From positions 179,678,001 through 179,742,000 of the forward strand of contig NC_058368.1 in NCBI RefSeq assembly GCF_018350175.1: a stretch of DNA of 64,000 nucleotides, given 5' to 3'. Every line of letters begins with the position of its first letter. Position 1 is the stretch's first letter. The position numbers and the translations under genes were made by a program. The notes under the pieces were generated by a model. The model saw nothing but the letters and a program-made list of their open reading frames with translations. It did no database searches and was not told the DNA's origin. The DNA comes from Felis catus (taxonomy: Eukaryota). Below are positions 36,853 through 49,199 of the stretch, one piece after another.

Positions 36853-37026
36853 TCGTAGTTCAGTAGATGGGTTTGGGATCTAGACAGACTTAAGTTCAAA
36901 TATAAGCGTCAGCACTAACAGGTCATTGGACCTTGGGAATATTTTAACACAAGAGTAAATACAATCATCTATGTGGAGTACTTTTACATGGTGCCTGATA
37001 CATGGTAAGTGCTCGTAAATGGTAAT
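36853..37026 (+). mobile_element. MIR SINE with internal core deletion
   Basis: 'tagacagacttaagttcaaat...gaccttgggaatattttaac' is joined directly to the 3' part 'gtgcctgatacatggtaagtgctcgtaaatg'. Confidence 0.8.
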
Positions 37027-38149
37027 TTAAAAACTGAGACCACTGAAATTGTTTGAAAAAAATCATGAAACTCCAGTCTGTTTTCTGGGACTTTAGAACC
37101 ATAGAGTATATATCCTGAGGGGGCAGAAACAAACCATAGAATGTCATAAATGCCATTCAGGTGAAAAGATGGCTAGAGTGTTCCCTACTCTCAAAGTGAG
37201 TCACCATCAGAGTGGCAGACGAGTGTATAAACAGGTTCCTGCAGGTGCCAAATGACACAATTACCCCTTTTAACAAATGTTCAGTTTCATCTCCTATTGA
37301 TGGCCAAGGTCCTAAATCCCTCAGAACTGTATACCATCCAAATTCCTGGGTCATCGTTTCTCTGGAGATCCAGAGCTGACCACTTGGGTGACTACTCTTG
37401 CACCTTAAGCTTAAAGTGCAGACTGAGGTCTGCTCCTTGACCCTGTTCTCCTGGGTTAAAAGCTTGGCCTTGGGTGCCTGGGTGGCTCAGTTGGTTAAGG
37501 ATCCAACTCTTGATTTTGGCGCAGGTCATGATCTCACAGTTAGTGAGATTGAGCCTCACGTTAGTCTCTGCTCTGACAGTACAGAGCCTGCCTGCTTGGG
37601 ATTCTCTCTCTCTCTCAAAATAAATAAATACACTTTAAAAGAAAAAGAAAGCCTCGACTTGGTCTGGCTCTGCCTAGGGTTTCAAGAAGAACAGTTAGTG
37701 AAACCACTAACTCCAAATCTTCTTTCCATTTCGTGCTCACATCTGCCCTATCAAAGGTGGGGCACTGAAAGACTGGATGAAACCTCCAGGCCAGAAACAG
37801 CTCCAGGCCCTGTCACTAGGGAGGCAAACTCAGAGCAGGCTAGTGCGTGGTCTTAGCACCATCTGCCAAAGACTTTTCCACCAATACATGCAAGTCTTCC
37901 ATTTAAGACCTCATGTGACACACAACCTATCTAACATGAATTCCTGGGAAAATAAAGACACCGTCATATGTACACATCAGAAAGGTACATGTTTCACAAA
38001 TATTCACAAATTCACAAAAAAATCAGTTTCAGTGGTCTTAGTTTCTAAATTACCATTTATGAGCACTTACCATGTATCAGGCACCATGTAAAAGTACTCC
38101 ACATAGATGATTATATTTATTCTTGTGTTAAAATTTTCCCAAGGTCCAA
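36926..38149. repeat. 126-bp inverted repeat pair (36926-37051 and 38024-38149), 7 mismatches, 972-bp spacer
   Basis: Manual alignment of the reverse complement gave 119/126 identity with no gaps. Confidence 0.95.
37472..37647 (+). mobile_element. Can-SINE (older type)
   Basis: 'gggtgcctgggtggctcagttggttaag...caggtcatgatctcacag...ctgcttgggattctctctctc..aaaataaataaa'. Degenerate TSD aaagcttggcctt/aaagcctcgactt. Confidence 0.93.
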
Positions 38150-40159
38150 GTGGAAAGCATGTATCATAGAATCAAAGAGCTACAACCACTGTTCTGGGCC
38201 CATGTCAGAGTGTCATTTCCTTGTTATGCCAACTCATGCTTAAGAAACACTCTGGAGGGTTCTCAGGTGCTATTTAAATGGCTGAAAGAGAAAACTCTAA
38301 GTTTTCAAATCTATTACATCTATTTCTGATTTCACTGGCAATGTTCAGAGCTCACCTTGCATAGGCAGACAAGAGAGTTCTTCTGTTGAGAATAGAGACC
38401 TCTGGGTGCCATGGAATAGTATTTGTCAGATATTTCCAGGGAATGGGAACCCTTGACTGTGGGTTGCATAAGATGTTTTAAATAAACAGAAATTGGCTAA
38501 TACCGTCCACGAGTGCTTAGAAATCCTGCCTTCCTCTTCCCTACAGCAAACTTGAGGTGACGTTCTGGTTGGCAGCAGCTTGGCTCTGCCATCATGTTCA
38601 AATTCCACTATTGCTGGCCTGAATTTGCTTTTTCTGGCAGACTTGAGCCCAGTCCCAATGAAACATATCCACGGCTTGCAAAATTACTGGCAAAATTGGG
38701 CTGGCAAGAGGTGAGGGGGGAGAGGAGGGAGGGGGAGGGGAGAGCGTCCAGGGTAATTGCCATGAATGGCCCAGTGATGAGTATCTACATCTAGGAAGTA
38801 ATTTCGTGAGATCTCTGCTCACTCACTTCTGGTTTGGCTCTCCCAGCTCACTCATGCCGGTCACAGAGCAGTACTTTTTACAGACTGTAAGTCCATTGTG
38901 AGCTTACGTATCCTAGCAGTTTGTAAAGTGGTATTTTCTTCATTTTTAATGGTGGAATAGTACAGGCACACATATTTATTGGTGCCTTCCCGTTCCACAC
39001 TGTCCCCAAATAACCGAGAAGGACTGTCCCCCTCAAGCCATTCCTAGCAAGCCATGTTTCTTCTGGGCCCAGGGCAGCTTCTGATTTGCTGTATGTCCCT
39101 GGTTGAGGGTCCCCCAGCCCATCCCAATGTCGTGGGAATGAAGGAAGCATAAGGTTGCAGCCCTTCCTGAAGGGTTGTATAAATCTGAAAGATTTACTTT
39201 GATCCCGGCCAAGGGAAACTTCAGCTAATCAGCAATCCCTTGCTTTTTATTAGACTCCCCATAAACAACGAGGCCACAATTGTGAAGGAATCAGAGGACG
39301 GTAGGTGTTTGATGCCTGAAGCCTCTCCTCTAGTGCTAGTGCCAAGCAGTTGGAGCTTCTTCTTGTAATGCAGGCTTGATTAGCTGGTTCTCCCTCCAAC
39401 CTCAACCTTTTGTGGAAGCATTTGTGGCCAAAGGAAATATAATTAGCAGAAAGATCCTGTACGCAAACTGTCGTCTTATCAGTGATGATAATAACAGGCC
39501 TGGTTTCCTATATTTTTCCGGTTAGCCACCGTGTTCTGCCAGTATGGCATTCATAACTCCCCCCTTCATTCCATTATCGATGTCTTCGGACTCCTAGTCT
39601 TTCCCTCTACAAATCCATCCCAAATACCATAACCAGGCCATTCATCCTGGAGAGGTATCTTGGCACGTTGCCCCCAAACATTCAATAGTTCCCTATTTCA
39701 CAAAGGTAAAATCCGAACTTGGTATGTGACATCCAAATCCCTGCACGGTGTGGTGTCAGCCCGTATTTATGGCATCATGCCCTGTGCTGCCTCTCTGTGC
39801 GTACCAGACCAGAGAGCTGGTGGTCCCTCAGACACCTGCCTTACCACATCTCTGCTCAGAATGGCCTCCTTTGTCTGGACTTCCAGCAGTAATGCTCCAT
39901 TCAGATCCTCATTCCTCACAAGCATCTGCGACAGCTCTATCCCCAGGATCTCTCTCCTCTCTCTCTCCCTCCCCTTCTCCCTCACTGCAAGCTCCTTTAA
40001 CACTTGTAAACTGGGAACGTATTTTTCACCACTTTGTAGAATACCTGCCCCAAGTGCAGGGACCACCCTCCACCTCTGCAGAGCCCATTGAGCCTGTTCT
40101 GCTAGATGGGCCTTGTCCAAAGCAGAGGTGGACTGACACGGAGGTCTGGAGCACCAGCC

Positions 40160-40350
40160 TGAGTCAGGAGCACTAAGCCTTGAATCCCACCATAGTGCAC
40201 GGCCCTGGCCCAGTCCCTTAATCTCTCTGGTCCAGAGTCTCCAGGTTTGCAAAGTAAGGAGTGATGACTCATTTGACGGAAATAGTTGTAAGGGTTAAAT
40301 TAGCTATTCTGGGTTAGGCACTTAGCATGGTGCTCAAGGCACTATTGGTA
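40160..40350 (+). mobile_element. MIR SINE
   Basis: 'gagtcagg...ttgaatccca...gttgtaagggttaaatt...gcacttagcatggtgc'. Confidence 0.7.
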
Positions 40351-41534
40351 TCATTCTCATTATCGTTAAGTAGATGTGTGTTGATGAATAGACTTCTGGT
40401 CCTAGGACCCCAGGCCTTTCTGAGGAGTTGGACACATGGCTTGGTCTGCATGTGGAACCCCTGGTCTACTTCTGTAAGTTTGACTAAATCTCAGTTTCCT
40501 CGTGTGCAAATCGGGAAGAAGAGGAGTCCCCATGTCCCAGGTTGTTGTGAGAACTGAATGTGATGATGAGTAGAAGATGTCTGTGCTTAGGAAAGGCTTG
40601 GTTAGTGAATAAGCTATGGAATCCTGAGAATGGCTGGGGTTAGCAGTCAGGAATCATGACCTGTGTCGTCTCTCGGGCTTTCCTTGCAAGGGGTCAGGGC
40701 GGGGTGGGGGGGGACCTTAGTTTCCCTAGTCCCTACATTGAGTCACGTTGGGGTGGGTGAGGGAAGCCTCATCAGACTCTGAATTGACGTTAATTCTCTT
40801 CTTCTGCCACCCTTTGCCCACCCTATCTGACCAGAGCTGGCAGAATTTGGGGATCTTAGAAAGATGGGGACCTTCAAGTGGCCATGGCAGACAGGTCACC
40901 TGTGTGCCCCCCAGGCAGCTCATCAGACCCCACAGATGCTTCTCCGTGAACACTGAGCACCCCTGGGACTTTGTGCTCTGGGCGGCTGTGAGGGCTAGTG
41001 CAGACATATTAGCACCCCTCCTCTTCGTCCCTGCCCCCTCCTTTTCATCAGCTTTATCCTGAGGTGGATAATGTTTCTCTAACTGCCTAATTGGGAGAAC
41101 TTAGCTGGAAAATTGCCATCCTGCTCTCTTTAAAAGGGTGCCAGCAGCCGGAGGCTGCCAGCTGTAATGTCAGTAGGTAATCCTGGCTTTGCTGCCATGG
41201 AGCTAGGAGTACCCCCTCTCTCTTCAGTCTACTTTCCTCATGGTTGGAGCATGCCACAGGCTCTAAGAGAAAAAACCGAACATGGAAGAGCAGGACAGAG
41301 GTAGCCCAGGAAGCTGCTGCAAGCACTGATCAGCGTTCCTCCTGCCCCCCATGGCCTTCTGCTGCCTGTACCAGTGGGGGATGAAATGCCATCAGTTGGA
41401 CAGCCAGGGCACCTTGGTGCGCTGGTTAGCTCCACGTACTCCCACGGCAGCAACCCTGAGTTTAGACTGTGTCTGAGAGCCGTCCCGGAAAAGGAAAATC
41501 TAATCGTGAAAACTTGTTCCTGAGTTTGAGAGAG

Positions 41535-41680
41535 TGTGTACAGCAGTGTTTAGGAGTGTGGAGCCTGGAGCCAGACCGCTTGCTTTATTTCAAATCTAGT
41601 CTCTGCCACCTGCTCGACAAGTTACCAAATCGCCTGATTTTATCATCTGTGAAATGTGGGTGATAATTCTAGCACCTACC
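41535..41680 (+). mobile_element. MIR SINE
   Basis: 'ctggagccagac...ttcaaatctagtctctgccac...catctgtgaaatgtgggtgataattctagcacctacctc'. Confidence 0.85.
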
Positions 41681-42150
41681 TCTGCTCCACACATCAAGGG
41701 ACCCTGGCTGATGGCAGCACTGCCACCCTTAACACATGGCATCCAGGGTCGTCCTGCAAGGTGGATGTCTAGCCCACACAGAGAGAAGACACAAAGGATT
41801 GGATGTCAGAGGTTTCGATGGGCCGGGCTTAGAAGGGGGGCGCCTCACTCCAGTCACATTCCACTCTCAAGAAAGAATGTGGTCATATGGTCCCAGCCTA
41901 ACTCAGCTAGAGAAGATAGTTTGCTGGTGCTGAAAATGAACAGGCACGGCAGTCTAGTCTCTGCCCCACAGAGAAACCTTCCCGGTAACAAACAGCAGGC
42001 ATTAATTGAGCACTCGCGTTAAGTGCTTTACACGTATTAACTAAATTACTCAACATGACATGATGAAACTACACACACATACTATATATCAGTGAGGGTC
42101 TTGCTAGAAACCCAGTGGAACCCTCAGAGGACCAATTAGAGAGGGTTTAA

Positions 42151-42562
42151 GGATATCTGTACGACATGTTCATAACAGTATTATTCTCATTAGCCAAAAG
42201 GCAGAAGCAACCTAAGTGTTCACCGACAGATGAATGGATAAGCAGAATGCAGCATGAACGTACATAGAATATTACTCAGCCTTTTTAAGGAAGGAAATTC
42301 TAGTATGTACCGTATAATACAACATGGATGAGACAGAAAGTGGAATGGTTGTTACCAGGGGCTGGAGGGATGGGGAAGGAGGACTTACTGTGGATACTGA
42401 GTTTCTGTTTTGTAGGAGGAAAAGAGCTCTGGAGAAGGGTAGTGGTGATGGTAGCCGAACAAGGTGAATGTATCTCATGCTTCTAATCTGTAGGGTTAAA
42501 AACTGTTCACATGGTAAGTTTTATGCTACATGTATTTTACCACAATGAAGAATCATTTTAAA
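42151..42562 (+). mobile_element. L1MB-type 3' end
   Basis: 'agccaaaaggcagaagcaacctaagtg..acagatgaatggataa...gtggaatggttgttaccaggggctgg...tgtattttaccacaat'. Degenerate TSD agagggttta/agagggctta. Confidence 0.9.
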
Positions 42563-42572
42563 AGAGGGCTTA

Positions 42573-42785
42573 GGGGCACCTAGGTGGTGCAGTCAGTTAA
42601 GCCTCCGACTTCGGCCCAGGTCGTGAGCTGGTGGTCTGTGAGTTCGAGCCCCGTATTGGGGTCTGTGCTGACAGCTCAGAGCCTGGAGTCTGATTCAGAT
42701 TCTGTGTCTCCCTCTCTCTCTGCCCCTCCCCCGCTTGCATGTGGGCTCTCTCTCTCTCAAAAATAAAGATTAAAAAATTTAAAAA
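42573..42785 (+). mobile_element. Can-SINE (feliform type)
   Basis: 'ggggcacctaggtggtgcagtcagttaagcctccgacttcggcccaggtc...gacagctcagagcctggag...aaaataaa'. Confidence 0.95.
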
Positions 42786-43219
42786 AGTGCTTAAAGAAGG
42801 GGCTATTTGCAAAATGTAAATGAGTCCTAGGTGCCAATGAGTGATGGTTAAGCACAGAGGGAAGAGCAACCATGGGAAGCTACATCCACCCAGAAACCTG
42901 AGGGGTAAAGGAGGGAGCAGTTACCAGAATGAGGTGGGAACAGTAGCCATGGGAGAAGGGCCACCGAACAGAAGGTGAAGCTTTAGGTAGAGGAACTCAG
43001 CACTTGCAAACCACAGCCCAGCAGAGTGGAACCAGTGGATAAATACCCAGATCCCTGTCCTCCTGCCCATGACCCCTCTGGCTGTACCCAGCTGGAATCA
43101 GAGGGCACGCCCGGGAAGCTGGTGATGTCTTCCAGTGACTCAGCCTCCCCAGGGCTCAGAGATGGGCCGAGGGTAGAAGAGAGCCCTTGGGGGTAACCAA
43201 AAAGGATTGAGTTCAGCCA

Positions 43220-43330
43220 CCATATTCCCATTCTATAGATGGGGATACTGAAGTAAAGTAACTCACCCGAGGTCACACACTTAGTGAATGCAGAGCAGGC
43301 TTTCAGCCCTGCTGGCCTCAGAGCCTCCTG
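43220..43330 (-). mobile_element. MIR core fragment (likely continuation of the MIR tail at ~41990-42070)
   Basis: 'attcccattctatagatggggatactgaag...ccgaggtcacacacttagtgaatgcagagc'. Confidence 0.7.
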
Positions 43331-43972
43331 CAGGAAAGGGCAGAAACTAAAATGTCAGGAAGGTCTGCGAAATACCCAGCACTGTGCTTTCTCCTCAAAT
43401 GAGTGAGAAAAGAGAGACTCAGCTTAATTTAGTAATTTTCCCAGGTCAGGCAGCTAATAAGCAGCAGATCCAGGATTTCTGACTCCAGAGCTAAGCACTT
43501 CCCACCCACTACAGGAACCTTCAGGCAGGCAGTCACTCACTGTCACCACCATTATCACCAGCATCAGGACGCGGTCCATGAGCAAGGCTTTCAGTGTGCC
43601 TTGTGTCTGGACAAAGGAAGCCACTATGTACAGACCCTATGCCTCTCCCACCCCCACTAAGCCTTCAGGCCAGGGCATCTACTTTGTAAAAAGCCACACT
43701 AAACACGAACCCAAAACACAGTCCCTCCCCTGTCAGCAGACACCAGAATGTTGAGCTAAAAGATATGTTTGAAGCCATCTATCAAACCCCCTCATTTTGC
43801 CTGGGCTGAAATGACCTGTTTGTCCAGTGTAAGTTCAGGTCACAAGTTCGACGTTTACTGAGCACCTGGCTAGTGCCCAGCATGAGTTAGATGTGAGAGT
43901 GACCCAAGATGCAGACCTGGGTATCTGACATACCATTTGCTTCTTTTAATCTGCGCCACCATCGCCTGGACC

Positions 43973-44189
43973 CAGAGTCCAAAAGCTATGGCCCGTGGAC
44001 CAGCCCCACCTGTTGGCTGTTTTGGGGCATCAAGGGTCATTGGCACACAGTAACACCCTTTGTTTACCTATTGTCTATGGCTGCTTTCACATTATGACAG
44101 CTTAGTTGAGTAATGATGACAGGGATATTATGGTCCCTGAAGCCAAAAATATTTATATCACGCCCTTTAAAGAAGTTTGCTGACTCCTG
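43973..44189 (+). mobile_element. MER58A-like hAT-Charlie MITE
   Basis: 'ctatggcccgtgg...tattgtctatggctgctttc...aaaatattta...agtttgctgactcctg'. Confidence 0.85.
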
Positions 44190-44201
44190 ACCTAAGCCAA
44201 G

Positions 44202-44637
44202 TGCGTTAGTTTGCCGTGGCTGCCCTAACAAAATTCCGCGTGTTGGGTGACTTAAAATAACAGGCCTTTATTGTTTCACAGCTGGAGGCTAGATGTCCAG
44301 GATCACTGTGTCAGCAGGGTTAGTTTCTTCTGGGGGCTGCGAAGGAGAGTCTGTACGTGCCTCTTCTAGCTTCTGATAGCCTCAAGCATCCTTGGCTTGG
44401 AGATGGCATTCTTCTGTGTCTTCACATCACCTTCCCTGTATACGTGTCTATCTCTATGTCCAAGTCCTCTCTTTTGGATAGTCATGTTGGATTTGGACCC
44501 ATCCTAATGACCTCATCCTTATCTGATGGGTCCAGGAAGGCCATTTCCCAATAAGGCTATTTCCAAGTAAGGCTACTTTCACAGGCGCTGGGGGCTAGAA
44601 TATCAACTTTTCGGGGGACACAATTCAACCCATAGCC
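44202..44637 (-). mobile_element. MaLR MLT1 (A/B-like) solo LTR
   Basis: 'tgcgttagtttgcc..ggctgccctaacaaa...ggggacacaattcaacccata'. Perfect 5-bp TSD ccaag at 44197-44201 and 44638-44642. Confidence 0.92.
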
Positions 44638-44642
44638 CCAAG

Positions 44643-45300
44643 CTACATTATCTCTTCCTGAACTATGGCAATAGCTTCCTAACTTGTTTCCCCCAGCCAT
44701 TTTTGCACTGCACCTCATCCCATCCTCAAACCCTTATTCCACAACCCACTGTCCATGTCTCAGATTAATCATTTCTCAGCGTCATTGGAATATGTCATTC
44801 TCATGTTCGAAGCCCTCCAATGCACACCCTGTGGGTAAAGGCTGAACTTTACTATCATCTGTGATGTGCTGCTGCCCCTTGGGGGACCTTGCCACTTGCT
44901 CATACCCCACGTGCCTGTACTCTCACTGTTGCTGCCTCGCTGGCTTTCCTTCTGGTATTCAAACTTGCCATGCATCCTTCCTAGACAGGGCCTGTGTTTA
45001 AACCATCCCTCTTCCGGAGCCTTTGTTCACCTCGCCTCTGTGGGTTCAACTCTTACTCATCCTTCATAGATCATCATAACTATCCTTTTCTCGCTCGCTA
45101 GGTCACATCACCCATTAGTGGCTTAGAGCATTTCTCTGACATTTATCCACAGTCATAATGCTCCGAGAGATGAGTCCTTTGTCATTAGGTCCATGAGATA
45201 AGAACAGGATCTTTATGCTGCTGCTGTTGTTTGCCTTTGTATCCTAGCAACTAGCATACTGCCCAGCCCACTGTGAGCACTCCAAAACCATCTGTCAAAG
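44643..45300 (+). mobile_element. L2 LINE 3' portion
   Basis: 'ctcttcctgaactatggcaatagcttcctaact...aagccctccaatg...tgtatcctagcaactagcatactgcccagccc'. Confidence 0.7.
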
Positions 45301-45596
45301 GTAAGAAGAACGGAGGAAAGAAAATGGAAAGACAGTCAGGACCCTTGCCCCTGAGGAGCTCAGGGCCTAGTGAGTGCAATCAATGTGCAAACAGAAAATG
45401 ACAATATAGTGTCAAAAGTTATTATAGAGCAAACATAGGTAGCATTGGGGGAGGCACAGATGAGGGACTTCTAGAATGGGAACAGAGTAAGAATAGGGAA
45501 GGTTTCCTAGAAGGGATGATGTTGAAACTTAGTCTCGTGAGTGCCCTTAGTCCCACCTTTGCAGATGGAGGAAGGCCATGATTAAGGCCTGGAGGC

Positions 45597-46258
45597 TTTG
45601 TTGCTTTTCCATTGTTGTGTAACAACTTACAACAAACTTAGAGATTTATAAACAGCATACATTTACTGTCTCACGTTCATGTGGTCAGGAGTCTGGACAC
45701 AGTTTGGCTAGAGCCTCCATGCAGGGTCTCACAGTACTATAGTCAAGCTGCTGGCTGGACTTCACTTCATCTAGAGGTCTGACTAGGGAAGAATCCTTTC
45801 CAAGATCCTTCAGGTTGTTGCAAGAATTCATTCCTTTGCGACTGTATGAATGCCTGCTTTTTGCTGGCCATTGGCTAGAGGCTGCCCTCATGTTCTAGAG
45901 GCCTCCCACACTTCTCTGCCATGGGGGCCTCCCCAACATGCCTTGTTTCATCACACCAGCAAGGAGAACCTCTCTCCAGTCCACTAAAAACAGAGTCTGG
46001 TGTAACTGCAGGGAGTCACAGGAGTGACAGCCCATCACTCTTGCCATATACATAAAGCAATCATGGGAGACTCATCTTACCTCCTTTGCTATGTGACTTA
46101 ACTGAGTTGAGGAGTTACATTCCATTACCTTTCCCATATTCTGTTGGTTAGAAGCAAGTCACAGGTCCTTCCCTCACTCAAGGGGAGAGATCACACAAAG
46201 GCATGAACACCAGTTGGTAGAGAATCATCAGGGGTCACTCTAGGGCCTGTCCACCACA
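45597..46258 (-). mobile_element. MaLR MLT1E/F-like solo LTR
   Basis: 'tgtgtaacaacttacaacaaacttag...gtggtcaggagtctggacac...attctgttggttagaagcaagtcacaggtcc...ccaccaca'. Perfect 5-bp TSD gaggc at 45592-45596 and 46259-46263. Confidence 0.92.
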
Positions 46259-47029
46259 GAGGCCTGAGAGGAAATTGTGTGAGGACACCAACTATTCCCT
46301 CTTTTACTCACGTAGGCTTGATGGAGGACCCACTGTGTAGCAGGCACCATCCTTGGTGCTGAGAACACAGTGGAGAACAAGACAGACCAACCATCTACCT
46401 TCCTGGAGCTTCTCCATTCAGAGTAGCTGAAGTATGCAGGGGAGGGGGAGATTACTTTCACTGGCATGTTCTTGGGGAATCTTCCATTCAACAGCCTGAC
46501 GAGTAGAGGACCTTCCTTATGGAGAGCTGCTGCATCCTCTAAAAGCATTAGGCGGGGTCTTTGGCCCAGCCATTTGTTTAGCCATCCCAGAGACCTCACG
46601 GGTTATTATACCCCCAATCATTACTAGCAGGTGAAGCTGTCATTGCTCACTCTTACAATATTTGAGCCAACCCTCCGTGGCCTTATGCCCTTTTTCTGCT
46701 CCTACCATTTTTCCAGCCCTGCTTCTTCCCAGCCTTGAAGAGATATCTCTGAAAAATCCCTCTGGATTTCAGACCAGTGGTAGGATGCTTCCCCTGGGTC
46801 TGTTTTTCTGCTGGTCCTTAGAGTGTGCTGTGCCAACTGCCTCTGAGTCTGCCAAAAACCTGCTCTTAAATGTGGAAATACAAGCATCCAAGTGTCCAGG
46901 CCGGGACTTGAACCGAGGTCACCTGGACTTGAACACCCTTCTCTTCCACTGCAACTTGCTGTCTGAGACTGAGAGCACCTGATCCTTGCCCTCCATCTGG
47001 AGAATTTTTGATCTCTTGCTTATCCCAGG

Positions 47030-47420
47030 GGTGTTCATTGAGTGCCTAATCAGTGTCCTAGGCTGAAAACAGGCAGAGTGCTCACCCTTAGCAAGCTTAC
47101 AGCCTAATGGGGGAGACAGGTATAGATTGAAGCATCACACAGATAAATGGAAAAGGCATCTGATTCCACCTGTAATAAATGTTAAGAGTGACCAGAACAT
47201 GGTGATAAGAGAGCCCATGGGACAGCATTAGAGCTGGTCAGCAAGGACAGGAAAGGCACGCCTGCCTCAGAGGTTCTTGACCCGAAATTAGGAAGAAGAA
47301 AAGTCAACTAAGCCAAGGACACAAGGAGAGGCAGTTAGAACAGTAATCCAGGCAGAGGATATAATGTGGGCAAAGGCTGTAGACTGGGAGAAAGTTTAGT
47401 TGGGCTGGAGGGAAGAAGGC
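47030..47420 (-). mobile_element. L2 LINE fragment
   Basis: 'gttcattgagtgcctaa...agcttacagcctaatgggggagacag...ccaggcagagga...gcaaaggc'. Confidence 0.7.
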
Positions 47421-49199
47421 CAGGTGGTTGTTCTTGCTCAATCTGAAGTCAGACAGCCAGACCCAAACAGAGAGAGTGCAAAGGCCCTAAGCCTGTCTCA
47501 TTCCCAGGCTCCCTGTGATCCCGACATGCCAGGGCCTCCCATTTATCATTCTGAAGAGCCCTGCCATGCTTCCTCCCTGGGGCTGTCACCCCTTGGGAGA
47601 GGTTATCACCACATAGAAATCCAACCAATCCCTTTACCATATTTAAGGCACACAGCTTAGAATAATAACCTTTTTTTTCAAGCCTTCAGAAATACCAAAC
47701 TCACATATATTTGGAATGAAAGACGAATATTACAACTCTTAGCACCAGGGAAGTATGCAGGCCGCAGCTCTTAGGAAACTGAAAAAAACCAATAAACACA
47801 TGCGCATCTGTAAAAGGGGAGAGAGAAGATTGATTTTCTACACCTTCGGGTTTGGGAGTGCAAGTTTGCGCTGGGAGGAGAGCAAGCTGCAAAGACTCAT
47901 CTGTGAAAAAGGGAAAGGGAGACAGACAAACCCACTCGTCTTGTCCATGAGCAGCAAGGAGCAGGGTCCAGCCATATGGGCAGTCATGAGGAGGCAGGAC
48001 TGTGTGCCCTGCTCAGCACTAATTAGAAGCAAACTAAGGCCTGGCTGGAGTGGCTGCAAGGACACCCAGCAGGGACCATTTCCTGCACAGGGCGGGCTGC
48101 CCTGGACGAGGGGGCCGACAGGTGCTGCCTCCTCTGACACTTTTGGCAGCATCTCCCCTGCTCTCCTCCTGCAGCTCATCCCAACAAGCGCGTGACCTTG
48201 GAATGCCCAGGGAAGCTGGGTTTGGCTAAAGGTTCTGGAGGCTGCTTTCTGCAGGCGATTACTGTCTCTCCAGCTCTCTCTTTGGAGGGCTTATCTATAA
48301 ACACTGAAGGACCTTCGCGTCTTCTGAAGTTCAGCACAGGGGTGGGTGGTAGTTAGACCTGGCCGTCTTGACACAGGGTCATTTTGACATGACCTAGAAA
48401 TCAAGCCAGTAAATTGTCAGTGTGTATTACGATGCCTTGGTGTGCCACAGGGAGACAGGGAGGGGGTGACGGGACATGTGCAACAGCCTCAGAGATGGGG
48501 AAGCTCAGGACTGAGGCAGAGAATGAGGAGAGGGTCGGAAATAGTAAAAGGTCTGGGATACGACAGCCGCACTCAATACCGGTAATTTTTAAAACCGTAT
48601 TTTGCATGTTGAAGCAACAGTTGTAACATTGGAACGATTGTGTCAAAAAGCTCAGATCAACGTGACCCTCTTTGCATTGGTCGTACAGAGGAAGTGTCTA
48701 TTTGACAGACTCTCCAGGAGTTCTTCCCTCTCTCCTTTCCTTTCACACCCTTGGCCTAGACTTTCGTCATCACTCCCTCATACTATTGCAGCAGCCCCAA
48801 CACTGATCACTCTGTGGCCTACCCTCCATGCAGCAGCCAGAGAGATTTTTTTCTAAAATGCATCTGATTGAAAAGGATGCTTGGCCTCTGAATCCTGATA
48901 CCAACTCAAGGCTGCTGACCCTGGTCCCTGAATCCTGTTCCTTCTACTTCCCTCTGCTCTGGAACCTATTGATTTATCCAAAGATGACCTTGAAGGGCAT
49001 TAACTGGTAGACAAGTCTGACCTTCATAGGCCTGATGCCTCCTGAGGCTGCCCTCTACCCAGAAGGTGTCCTCAAAGCTTGGTAACACTCAGCACGCCTT
49101 CGGAGGGCCAGGGGACAGTGTTGTGGAGTATGGCCCTCGTCCGCTGCTTGGCCTGTGAGCTGCTTCTCCATGAGGATGAAGACGGGACAAGAAGTTGTA

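Larger units (their letters stand above)
42084..43150. mobile_element. Ancient LTR-like element (ERVL class, family uncertain) interrupted by L1MB and Can-SINE
   Basis: 'tatatcagtgagggtcttgctagaaac...gagagggttta' continues after the insertions as 'aagaaggggctatttgcaaa...gcagttaccagaa'. Confidence 0.45.

Noticed and set aside
36926..38149. Possible novel DNA transposon with 126-bp TIRs
   Set aside because: There is no flanking TSD and no transposase remnant, and the left arm is a continuous part of a MIR extending outside the pair. A local inverted duplication fits better.
46005..46140. Three degenerate repeats 'ggagtgaca.cccatcac..ttgccata' resembling a spaced array
   Set aside because: They lie inside the MLT1E/F LTR and, as I recall, are intrinsic to it. 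This is eukaryotic DNA with no CRISPR context.
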